Shown here piece by piece: positions 7,475-15,039 of a DNA stretch of 32,000 nt. Location: positions 420,001 through 452,000 of the forward strand of contig NZ_CP142525.1 of the NCBI RefSeq assembly GCF_051097895.1, given 5' to 3'. Under the pieces are notes generated by a model. It ran no database searches. It was not told the DNA's origin and was given only the letters and a program-made list of their open reading frames with translations. The DNA comes from Psychrobacter sp. HD31 (GTDB lineage: Bacteria > Pseudomonadota > Gammaproteobacteria > Pseudomonadales > Moraxellaceae). A program made the translations under genes and the position numbers. Position 1 is the first letter of the stretch; every line of letters starts with the position of its first letter.

Positions 7475-8050
7475 GTGAAAACTAAGCCATTATTTATAAT
7501 TGCCCTAATTATAGCGGTTGCTGCATTTTGGTTATTTAAAAACAATGTAGAAATTAGTTCCCCAATTAGCATTGAAAATCCTGAGATTGACTCAGAAGCA
7601 ACCAGTATAGAAGCAGTGCAAACGAATGAACAAGGCGAAACAGAGTATCAGCTTAATGCTGAAAAGCTTACTCATAATAGCGTAACAAACCTTGATGAAA
7701 TCAGTGGTTTAAGTATGGATTGGACGCCAGCAGCTAACAAAAACTATCAGCTAACTTCAGGTAAGGCAAGTTTAAACCAAGAAACGGGAGAAATGCTGTT
7801 AACTGGTGGTTTTAAACTTGTTGGTAACGCACTGGATGATAATACCAAAATTATAGTGATCGGCACTGAGTTAACAGGCAATACGAAACAAAAAGTTTTA
7901 AAAAGTACGCAACCTGTAAAAGTAGTACAAGGCGATAATAGTTTTGAAGCACAGTCGATGACAGCAAACCTAGAAATAGGGGATTATGACTTTAATAACA
8001 TATCAATAAGTTTCATGCCAGTAGAAAGAAAAGACAAATCTTTATTTTAA
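7475..8050 (+). CDS. lptC: LPS export system protein LptC
   Basis: GTG start with GGAG 6 nt upstream. A single N-terminal TM anchor (LFIIALIIAVAAFWLF) is followed by a beta-rich periplasmic domain. Position between kdsC and lptA is conserved. The call rests mostly on context and architecture. Confidence 0.8.
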   Translation: MKTKPLFIIALIIAVAAFWLFKNNVEISSPISIENPEIDSEATSIEAVQTNEQGETEYQLNAEKLTHNSVTNLDEISGLSMDWTPAANKNYQLTSGKASLNQETGEMLLTGGFKLVGNALDDNTKIIVIGTELTGNTKQKVLKSTQPVKVVQGDNSFEAQSMTANLEIGDYDFNNISISFMPVERKDKSLF

Positions 8051-8092
8051 TAGATAGTGACTTTGATTAAATTTTTGAAAATGAGAAATAAT

Positions 8093-8620
8093 ATGCAGTT
8101 TAAAATGAGCAAACTTTTACAACTTGGAGCATTAGGGTTATTAGCAGTAACAACCACTTCGAGTATTGCTTTACCATCTGATGCAAACCAGCCAGTTAGG
8201 CTATTGGCTGATAAGGCAACTTATCGTGCTAGTACTGGTGTGACCACATATTCAGGCAATGTGATTATTACTCAAGGCACGCTAAAAATGCGTTCAAGTG
8301 ACATTGTGGTTAATTTGGCTAAAAATGGTGGTATTAGCTCTGCAATTGCAAGAGGTCGTCCTGCAACGATTCAGCAGGTTGTAACAAAAGAAAAAGGCAT
8401 GGCAAAAGGTCAGGCAAATAAAATTGAATATAACTCTGTTACTGGGATTATCACTTTAACTGGTAATGCCAAATTAAGCCAAAATGGCGCGAGTTTTTCT
8501 GGTAACGTGTTACGTTATAGTTTAAAAGCAGGTGATGTTGAAGCAACAGGTGGCAGTGGCAGACGTGTTGAGCTAGTATTCCCCCCAAATGGCAATGTTG
8601 ATTTACGCTCCGTTCGTTAA
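8093..8620 (+). CDS. lptA: LPS export periplasmic protein LptA
   Basis: Signal peptide MQFKMSKLLQLGALGLLAVTTTSSIALP, then SDANQPVRLLADKATY...TYSGNVIITQGTLKMRSSDIVV, the OstA-like pattern. The start is uncertain: GTG 8057 in the track, or ATG at 8081, 8093 or 8105. 8093 gives a normal signal peptide and has GAGA upstream. Confidence 0.85.
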   Translation: MQFKMSKLLQLGALGLLAVTTTSSIALPSDANQPVRLLADKATYRASTGVTTYSGNVIITQGTLKMRSSDIVVNLAKNGGISSAIARGRPATIQQVVTKEKGMAKGQANKIEYNSVTGIITLTGNAKLSQNGASFSGNVLRYSLKAGDVEATGGSGRRVELVFPPNGNVDLRSVR

Positions 8621-8656
8621 TTTTATTATTAATTTTTTTTGTTTAAAGCGAATATT

Positions 8657-9409
8657 ATGCAAGCAAAACAGCAAATAACCAAGCCAATGCTATTGTCTAT
8701 TAATCATTTAGGTAAACAATATGGTAAACGCTGGGTAGTTGAAGATGTTTCTTTTGAAATACAACAAGGACAAGTTGTTGGATTATTAGGACCAAATGGT
8801 GCAGGTAAAACCACGAGCTTTTATATGGTGGTTGGACTGGTGATGATGGATAAAGGTACGGTCACCCTTGGTAATCAGGACTTATCAAAATATGCCATGC
8901 ACGAGCGTGCAAAGTTTGGCATAGGCTATTTACCTCAAGAAGCCTCAATTTTTAGAAAACTGACAGTTCAAGATAATATTTTATCCATTTTACAAACACG
9001 CGATGATTTAAACAGTGCACAACAAAAGTCAGAACTTAAAAAACTCATTGCAGAATTTAATTTAGAGCATGTTCAGGACTCTTTAGGTATGAGTTTGTCT
9101 GGTGGTGAGCGTCGCCGATGTGAAATTGCGCGTGCCTTAGCATCAGACCCTAAGTTTATTTTGTTAGATGAACCCTTTGCAGGTGTTGACCCAATTTCTG
9201 TTGGTGACATCATGGAAGTCATCAACAACTTAAAAGCACGTGGTATTGGTGTGTTGATTACTGATCACAATGTAAGAGAAACCTTAGCAATTTGTGAGAA
9301 GGCGTTTATTGTGTCTGAAGGTAGAATTATTGCCGAGGGTAATCGTGAACAGATTTTAGCTAATGAATTAGTACGCGAAGTTTACTTAGGTGAAAACTTT
9401 AAAGCTTAA
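8657..9409 (+). CDS. lptB: LPS export ABC transporter ATP-binding protein LptB
   Basis: Walker [10 protein letters not shown], signature LSGGERRR, Walker [13 protein letters not shown]-loop TDHN. The ATG at 8657 is preferred to the non-ATG track start at 8639. Confidence 0.95.
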   Translation: MQAKQQITKPMLLSINHLGKQYGKRWVVEDVSFEIQQGQVVGLLGPNGAGKTTSFYMVVGLVMMDKGTVTLGNQDLSKYAMHERAKFGIGYLPQEASIFRKLTVQDNILSILQTRDDLNSAQQKSELKKLIAEFNLEHVQDSLGMSLSGGERRRCEIARALASDPKFILLDEPFAGVDPISVGDIMEVINNLKARGIGVLITDHNVRETLAICEKAFIVSEGRIIAEGNREQILANELVREVYLGENFKA

Positions 9410-9455
9410 GTTTGCTTCTTCCCATTCTTTAATATGTTAGTTGTTTTGCTTTTTT

Positions 9456-9495
9456 TGAGCTTACTTTACACGAGTAGCTCATTTTCCTGTTTTTT
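9456..9495 (+). terminator. Probable rho-independent terminator ending the kds/lpt gene string
   Basis: TGAGCT(t)ACTT (9456-9466) pairs with GAGTAGCTCA (9472-9481): 10 bp with one bulge and one G-U, around a 5-nt loop. It is followed by TTTTCCTGTTTTTT. Confidence 0.5.
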
Positions 9496-9513
9496 ATCTA
9501 TTATCTAAATACT

Positions 9514-10941
9514 ATGGCAAAAAATAAATCTTCATATGTCTGTCAAAACTGTGGTGCTCATTTTGGAAAGTGGTCAGGGCAATGTAGTGACTGTGGTGAG
9601 TGGAATTCACTGGTCGAAGCCCCCAATGTGAGTTTGCCGCATCATAAATCAAATGCTTCTGCCACCTCTTCTAAATCAACAGTAAAGCGTAATAGCAACT
9701 TTGCAGGTTCGCAAAGTGCCGTTATCCCTCTAAACTCGGTAAGCGTTACCTTAGATACACGCCTGCCAACGGGGATAGGTGAGTTTGATAGAGTGTTAGG
9801 TGGTGGTTTAGTCGCAGGCTCAGTTGTGTTGATTGGTGGTGATCCAGGTATTGGTAAATCAACCATTTTACTGCAAATTGCCACTAATATGGCAAAAGCA
9901 GACTCGCTCGCAGGTAGTGCTTTATATGTGACAGGGGAGGAGTCTTTATCGCAAGTGGCGATGCGAGCGAATCGTTTAGGTTTGCCTGCCGATAGGCTTA
10001 AAGTACTTGCCGAAACAAATGTAGAAACAATTTGTACAGCGCTTACACAAGAGCAACCTGCTATCGCCGTTATTGATTCTATTCAAACACTTTTTACCGA
10101 TGCCATTAGCTCTGCGCCTGGTGGGGTCAGTCAAATTAGAGAATCTGCTGCCATGTTAACGCGTTATGCCAAACAAACGGGGACGGCATTATTTTTGGTG
10201 GGGCATGTAACCAAAGAAGGTTCGTTAGCTGGTCCAAGAGTGTTGGAGCATATGGTAGACACGGTTTTATATTTTGAAGGTCAACCAGATTCTCGCTTTC
10301 GTATGATTAGAGCGGTTAAAAATCGTTTTGGTGCGGTGAATGAGTTAGGTATATTTGGCATGACAGATCTGGGTTTAAAAGAAGTGGCGAATCCTTCTGC
10401 CATTTTTTTAAGCCGATATGATAAGCCTATTGCTGGCTCGATTGTTATGGTAAGTCGAGAAGGTACTCGTCCACTATTGGTTGAAGTACAGGCATTGGTA
10501 GATGACTCACAAGGGCAACCTAAGCGCATGGCATTAGGGTTAGATCATCAACGTCTTTCAATGTTGTTAGCCGTTATGCATCGTCATGGTGGTATACATA
10601 CCAGTGGGCAAGATGTTTATGTAAATGTGGTTGGTGGTGTAAAAGTATTAGAAACTGGCTCAGATTTAGCAGTCTTACTGGCATGTGCTTCTAGCTTAAA
10701 AGAAAAAGCGTTACCTTCATCGCTGGCTGTATTTGGTGAGGTGGGTTTATCTGGTGAGATAAGACCTGTGCCTAATGGGCAAGAAAGAATCAAAGAAGCT
10801 TTAAAGCATGGATTTACTCATGCCATTGTGCCAAAAGCAAATGCGCCAAAAGCCGGCAGTAAAGCATTTAAGGGTATTAAAGTCCATGCAGTTGATAGGC
10901 TGGATGAATGTATGCAAATTGCATTTGATGAGTTATATTAA
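9514..10941 (+). CDS. radA: DNA repair protein RadA (Sms)
   Basis: N-terminal zinc finger CQNCGAHFGKWSGQCSDCGEWNS, Walker A GGDPGIGKST, RadA-specific KNRFG (VKNRFGAVNELGIF), and a Lon-protease-like C-terminal domain. Confidence 0.96.
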   Translation: MAKNKSSYVCQNCGAHFGKWSGQCSDCGEWNSLVEAPNVSLPHHKSNASATSSKSTVKRNSNFAGSQSAVIPLNSVSVTLDTRLPTGIGEFDRVLGGGLVAGSVVLIGGDPGIGKSTILLQIATNMAKADSLAGSALYVTGEESLSQVAMRANRLGLPADRLKVLAETNVETICTALTQEQPAIAVIDSIQTLFTDAISSAPGGVSQIRESAAMLTRYAKQTGTALFLVGHVTKEGSLAGPRVLEHMVDTVLYFEGQPDSRFRMIRAVKNRFGAVNELGIFGMTDLGLKEVANPSAIFLSRYDKPIAGSIVMVSREGTRPLLVEVQALVDDSQGQPKRMALGLDHQRLSMLLAVMHRHGGIHTSGQDVYVNVVGGVKVLETGSDLAVLLACASSLKEKALPSSLAVFGEVGLSGEIRPVPNGQERIKEALKHGFTHAIVPKANAPKAGSKAFKGIKVHAVDRLDECMQIAFDELY

Positions 10942-10945
10942 AAAT

Positions 10946-10980
10946 GACAACAGACAACAGACAACAGACAACAGACAACA
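10946..10980. repeat. Perfect tandem heptanucleotide repeat (GACAACA) x5
   Basis: Five exact head-to-tail copies at 10946-10952, 10953-10959, 10960-10966, 10967-10973 and 10974-10980. The array begins 5 nt after the radA stop codon (10939-10941). Confidence 0.95.
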
Positions 10981-11028
10981 ATAGTTAAATTTTAATTAGC
11001 CCTTGTTATAAAAAAGTTTCAAAAATTT

Positions 11029-11059
11029 AAAAGCCGTAGAATCTAATTTTGCGGCTTTT
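11029..11059. terminator. Bidirectional rho-independent terminator between convergent radA and rlpA
   Basis: AAAAGCCGTAGAA (11029-11041) pairs with TTTTGCGGCTTTT (11047-11059), with a GCCG/CGGC core, two G-U pairs and a 5-nt loop. A/T runs on both sides allow it to work in either direction. Confidence 0.75.
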
Positions 11060-11092
11060 ATTATAAAGTTATGTGACTTTTGTTTAAGAGTA

Positions 11093-11662
11093 CTACAAGA
11101 AGATGCGTTTAATAGTCACTTTATTAGAATTATTTATTACGCCTAATTTTTTAGCAGCGCCATAGGATAAATCTAATATACGGTTGCTATTTGAAGGTCG
11201 TCTATCATTAATTTTAACGACCACACTTTTACCCGTGGCTTTGCTAGTAACTTCTACATACGAGTTCATTGGTAGGTAAGGGTGTGATGCAGTCATTGCA
11301 TACATGTTAAATTTTTCGCCACTGGCGGTTGTCTGCCCTTGCATCTTTTTACCAGTCCAAGAAGCCGAACCAGATTGAGAAAACTTATTGACCGTTGTAG
11401 ACGCAACTTCAGTTAGACGATCCATCATATTGCTGTTGTTTGAGCTAGTATGAGTGGAAGATAGTAAACCACTGTTTAATGCAAGTGATGAACTATTACT
11501 GCGACCTGCTTTTGCAAGGTTTGAGGCATTACTATGCTGTCGATTAAGTTCAGTTAAAACTTTATCGATAGCGGGAGTATTTTGATTGGCTGCGTAAGCA
11601 CTGGTTGCTGTGCCAGCAAGTACTGTCGTAGAAATCAGTAATAATGCCGAATGACGCTTCAT
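11093..11662 (-). CDS. rlpA: RlpA-family septal lytic transglycosylase-like protein (DPBB domain, no SPOR domain, Sec signal)
   Basis: Signal peptide MKRHSALLLISTTVLAGTATSAYA. The C-terminal double-psi beta-barrel pattern reads ASWTGKKMQGQTTASGEKFNMYAMTASHPYLPMNSYVEVT...VVVKINDRRP...RILDLSYGAAKKLG. It lies downstream of rodA as in E. coli. The ATG at 11662 (AAGGTG 6 nt upstream) is preferred to the GTG at 11671. Confidence 0.85.
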   Translation of the reverse strand: MKRHSALLLISTTVLAGTATSAYAANQNTPAIDKVLTELNRQHSNASNLAKAGRSNSSSLALNSGLLSSTHTSSNNSNMMDRLTEVASTTVNKFSQSGSASWTGKKMQGQTTASGEKFNMYAMTASHPYLPMNSYVEVTSKATGKSVVVKINDRRPSNSNRILDLSYGAAKKLGVINNSNKVTIKRIFL

Positions 11663-11840
11663 AATAAGCACCTTTAGTTAAAATATTGTAAAAACAATAT
11701 CATTATATCTTTTTAAAAGTCATTTTATGGTATTTAGCCACTTAAATCAGTCTTATATTGGTTTAAACAAACTACTAAGGCGAACAACCTCTAAAAAAAT
11801 ATAAAATTTGTATTAAGCTTTAATATTACTTGATTTAAAT

Positions 11841-11875
11841 AAAAAACACAAATATTTGGTTTAAATATTTGTGTT
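11841..11875 (-). terminator. Rho-independent terminator after rodA
   Basis: An AT-rich 13-bp stem pairs 11845-11857 with 11863-11875 around a 5-nt loop. On the minus strand it is followed by T6 (A-run 11841-11846 on plus), about 37 nt after the rodA stop. Confidence 0.65.
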
Positions 11876-11911
11876 ATGTGCTTTTTTCTCAAAGCCTCTG
11901 AAACATCGTAC

Positions 11912-13063
11912 TTATATTTTGTGTTGTTGATGAGTGTGTACCGACATAACCAGTCCAAATCCAGCCATTAAGGTAATCAGTGCAGTACCACCATAGCTTA
12001 TTAGTGGCAATGGCACCCCAACGACAGGCAAAATACCACCAACCATACCAACATTTACAAATATATATACAAAAAAAGACAAACCAATAGCACCTGCCAA
12101 CAACCTGCCATATACATTTTGGTTAATAAAAGCAAGATACAAGGTTCGGGCGAGTAGGCAAGCATAAATAAACATAAGTACACAAACACCAAAAAGTCCA
12201 AACTCTTCAGAAAAAGCAGCAATGATAAAGTCTGTGTGTCCTTCTGGTAAAAACTCTAAGTGAGACTGGGTACCTTCTAAGTATCCTTTGCCAGATAACC
12301 CGCCAGATCCGATGGCGGTTTTTGATTGAATAATATTCCAACCTGTACCATGCACATCCGCTTCTGGATTTAAGAGGGTAAGCACGCGCTGTTTTTGATA
12401 TGGTAGCATCAAAAAGTTCCACAAAATGGCAATAAAAGGGATTAATATGGCAATGGCAGTGCCAATCATCCACCAAGGTAAGCCAGCTAAAAATAAAACA
12501 AAAATACCACTTGCTGCGACCAGTAATGAGGTGCCTAAGTCGGGTTCTTTTGCAATTAATAACACAGGCACAATAATAAGTGCAAGCGTGCTAAATACGG
12601 TAATCAAGTTGGGTGGTAACTCTCTTTTTGATAAAAACCATGCCGTCATCATTGGCATGCCGAGTCTCATAAACTCTGAGGGTTGAACACTACCAAAGCC
12701 AGGTATGCGTATCCATCGCTGCGCACCCATTCGCACCTCACCAATAACGAGTACCATCACCAATAAAAATATCCCCCCAACATAAAATACAGGGGTTAAC
12801 GTACGGTAAAAGTTGGGCGGGATTTGCGCCATCACAATCATTACCATAAACCCAATAAAGTAACTAATAGATTGCCTAAAAACTAAGCCGATATTTTGGT
12901 TTGATGCACTATATAAAATGGTGAGACCAATACAGCTGATGGTAATAAGCAATAACATCAGCCATGGATCAATATGTAGCTTTTGCCAAAGACTAACAGC
13001 GTCGTCTTTACCCAGATGATTGCTATGACGGGAGAACTTATATTGTTGGTTTGTGTGTGACAT
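11912..13063 (-). CDS. rodA: Peptidoglycan glycosyltransferase RodA (MrdB), SEDS family
   Basis: 383-aa polytopic membrane protein. It has HIDPWLMLLLI near the N-terminus, PSEFMRL, EPDLGT, and a C-terminal GVPLPLISYGGTA, typical of FtsW/RodA/SpoVE. rlpA follows. Confidence 0.95.
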   Translation of the reverse strand: MSHTNQQYKFSRHSNHLGKDDAVSLWQKLHIDPWLMLLLITISCIGLTILYSASNQNIGLVFRQSISYFIGFMVMIVMAQIPPNFYRTLTPVFYVGGIFLLVMVLVIGEVRMGAQRWIRIPGFGSVQPSEFMRLGMPMMTAWFLSKRELPPNLITVFSTLALIIVPVLLIAKEPDLGTSLLVAASGIFVLFLAGLPWWMIGTAIAILIPFIAILWNFLMLPYQKQRVLTLLNPEADVHGTGWNIIQSKTAIGSGGLSGKGYLEGTQSHLEFLPEGHTDFIIAAFSEEFGLFGVCVLMFIYACLLARTLYLAFINQNVYGRLLAGAIGLSFFVYIFVNVGMVGGILPVVGVPLPLISYGGTALITLMAGFGLVMSVHTHQQHKI

Positions 13064-13246
13064 AGTAGATTATAAAAGTAATGGAACGGTGATATTTTAT
13101 ATTGTCTGCGTTAATTTTAATAGTAAATAGATGTTAAATTAATGGCATATATTGGCTATGGTTTCATTCCTGAAAGAATTGAATAATAACTTACTAAAGA
13201 AAAAAAATATTATATTTGTTAGTATGATGCTTTAATTTTTTTATTA

Positions 13247-14140
13247 ATGAGCAATAACATGAAAAATCAGCAACGTAATCTAAAACTTAATATAAGCTCA
13301 AAAAACCATAAAGTGATAAAAATGGCAATAGCACCTGCGCTATGTTGTTTAGCTGTTATCAACGTTGCCTGTAGTTCTAATGCTCAAACCTCCCATGTAA
13401 CTAAAAAATCAGTTAGTGTTGTCCCTAATATCAGCTATCCATATGGAACGGGTAAATCTAATTTAACAGTTACTGAAAAAAGAACAACTAATAACCACAG
13501 TTTTTCAACGACGAACCATCACCACCATCATGATAGCTATGCGGATTTTCATACAGGGCATTCGCATGATTATAGTTTAGATGATAGCGGCTTACCAGAT
13601 TTTGATCGCTGGTTAAAACAACATAGTTACTATCAATATCAAGTTGATGCTTATCGTCAATATTTAATCAGTCAACTTGGTAGTAACAATGTACCGCCCA
13701 TGGCACAGTTGATAAGAACAGCAAGAAGCTGGGATAAGTGCGGGGCAGAACCTTATCAAGTACCCCCAAGGTATTTGTGGTCAAATATTGTACCTACCTT
13801 AAGGCTTTATAGTGACTTAAAAAAGCAGGGGGTTGTGCCACATGAGTCAGTAATTCGTTCTGTTTATCGTGACTATGATTTAAACCGGTGTGCAGGTGGT
13901 GCAAGCTCTAGTAAACATCTAGAAAATGCAGCAATTGATATTTGGGTTCCTAGTTATGAATATAGTCAATGGCAACAAGATAGCTTGAAAGAAAATCTGT
14001 GTCATTTTTGGCAGTATCAAGGTGAGTCTTATGATTTTGGTTTAGGCATTTATTCTACGGGTGCAATCCACTTAGATACGCAAAAATATCGCAAATGGGG
14101 TGGACAATTTACGCCTTCATATTCGGCTTGTCGTTATTAA
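13247..14140 (+). CDS. Exported peptidase M15 family zinc metallopeptidase (D-Ala-D-Ala carboxypeptidase/MepK-like) with a histidine-rich linker
   Basis: Signal peptide MAIAPALCCLAVINVAC(SSNA), a possible but imperfect lipobox. The C-terminal catalytic pattern is SVYRDYDLNRCAGGASSSKHLENAAIDI...GAIHLDT. This matches the S-x-YR...N...GG...S-x-H-x6-D...H-x-D arrangement of M15A enzymes such as E. coli MepK/YcbK. The start is ambiguous (13247, 13259 or 13322). Confidence 0.75.
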   Translation: MSNNMKNQQRNLKLNISSKNHKVIKMAIAPALCCLAVINVACSSNAQTSHVTKKSVSVVPNISYPYGTGKSNLTVTEKRTTNNHSFSTTNHHHHHDSYADFHTGHSHDYSLDDSGLPDFDRWLKQHSYYQYQVDAYRQYLISQLGSNNVPPMAQLIRTARSWDKCGAEPYQVPPRYLWSNIVPTLRLYSDLKKQGVVPHESVIRSVYRDYDLNRCAGGASSSKHLENAAIDIWVPSYEYSQWQQDSLKENLCHFWQYQGESYDFGLGIYSTGAIHLDTQKYRKWGGQFTPSYSACRY

Positions 14141-14253
14141 TCCGCTGTTAAAAAATAATGGTTTTATGGCAGGATAACTAGAATATGCAACAATCAAATG
14201 ATACAATCTAGCTCATATTTTATAAATCAATAGACTGATTTTTTATTTAAATT

Positions 14254-14805
14254 ATGCTTACACTACAAAAAAAGTTTAGCGTTGCTTTTGGATTACCTAG
14301 TTTGGTATTTGCCATTAGTGCTTGTGATGGTAGTAATGTTCAGGCCATTACTGTTAATAATAAACCTTCTCAAATGGGTGATATTCCTCATATACTAAAT
14401 ACAACATCCAATACAACAATTAATACGGGTTTGGTTCATGAAGAAGCAAAAGCATTAAAAGAAAAAGTCATCAAAGAAGATGCATCCTATGCTGCCAAAA
14501 CGAGTTTTATATGCCCAAAACTCATAAATAAACCTGTTGATACCACACGTATTAAGCGCCGTAATGAAATTATGCAAAGCAATTATTGTGAATACTACAT
14601 TTATCCAAAAATTGGTGAAACCGTTGATGTGGTATCTGCCGATAGAAGACTAGAAAAATGGTTAGTTACCCCAATTATGCATAACTTTAATAATGGGGCA
14701 TATCAAGTGGTTAAAAAGGATAGACATACCATTCGGTTAAGCTATAACGGGATGGAAAACAAACCTGATAACTTCCAATATGATATTGAGATCGTCATTA
14801 AATGA
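14254..14805 (+). CDS. Lipoprotein of unknown function; the C-terminal ~100 aa tentatively resemble the PliG-type (g-type lysozyme inhibitor) beta-sandwich
   Basis: Canonical lipobox LVFAISAC with Asp at +2. A polar Asn/Thr-rich linker follows, then a domain ending YCEYYIYPKIGETVDVVSA...GAYQVV...HTIRLSYNG...FQYDIEIVIK. From memory this parallels E. coli PliG/YcgK (YDTYTFYAKKGQKVHVSIS...GQYSL...YELRVLQ...KYNVDIQIK). A strong terminator follows. Confidence 0.7.
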   Translation: MLTLQKKFSVAFGLPSLVFAISACDGSNVQAITVNNKPSQMGDIPHILNTTSNTTINTGLVHEEAKALKEKVIKEDASYAAKTSFICPKLINKPVDTTRIKRRNEIMQSNYCEYYIYPKIGETVDVVSADRRLEKWLVTPIMHNFNNGAYQVVKKDRHTIRLSYNGMENKPDNFQYDIEIVIK

Positions 14806-14825
14806 CATACCAAAACTTTTGCTTA

Positions 14826-14855
14826 CCTTGTTAATCATTTAACAAGGGTTTTTTT
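14826..14855 (+). terminator. Rho-independent terminator after the lipoprotein gene
   Basis: A perfect 9-bp stem pairs CCTTGTTAA (14826-14834) with TTAACAAGG (14839-14847) around a 4-nt loop, then G plus T7 (14849-14855). Confidence 0.85.
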
Positions 14856-14952
14856 ACGCTAAACGAAATTTTGCCATGGAGTTTGCAAAGTGGCTTTCGT
14901 ATGATTTAAAAATCAACACCAAATATACTCGCAAAATAATTTAAAGTAGATG

Positions 14953-14976
14953 TGATAAAATGCGATGTGTATCGCA
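14953..14976 (+). promoter_or_regulatory. Candidate extended -10 (TGaTAAAAT) abutting a 16-bp palindrome TGCGAT-gtgt-ATCGCA upstream of ftsY
   Basis: TG at 14953-14954, TAAAAT at 14956-14961. Inverted repeat arms lie at 14961-14966 and 14971-14976, about 65 nt upstream of the ftsY ATG. Sequence-only prediction. Confidence 0.25.
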
Positions 14977-15039
14977 GCATACAAAGTACAATGATTTAAA
15001 AACGCTTAACTTGCGTACAAGTTTTTGAAAAGGCAATCT

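Noticed and set aside
10944-10988. 14-codon mini-ORF (MTTDNRQQTTDNNS) spanning the heptamer repeat.
   Set aside because: There is no Shine-Dalgarno sequence and it starts 3 nt after the radA stop. The sequence is simply the repeat read in frame, so it is unlikely to be a gene.
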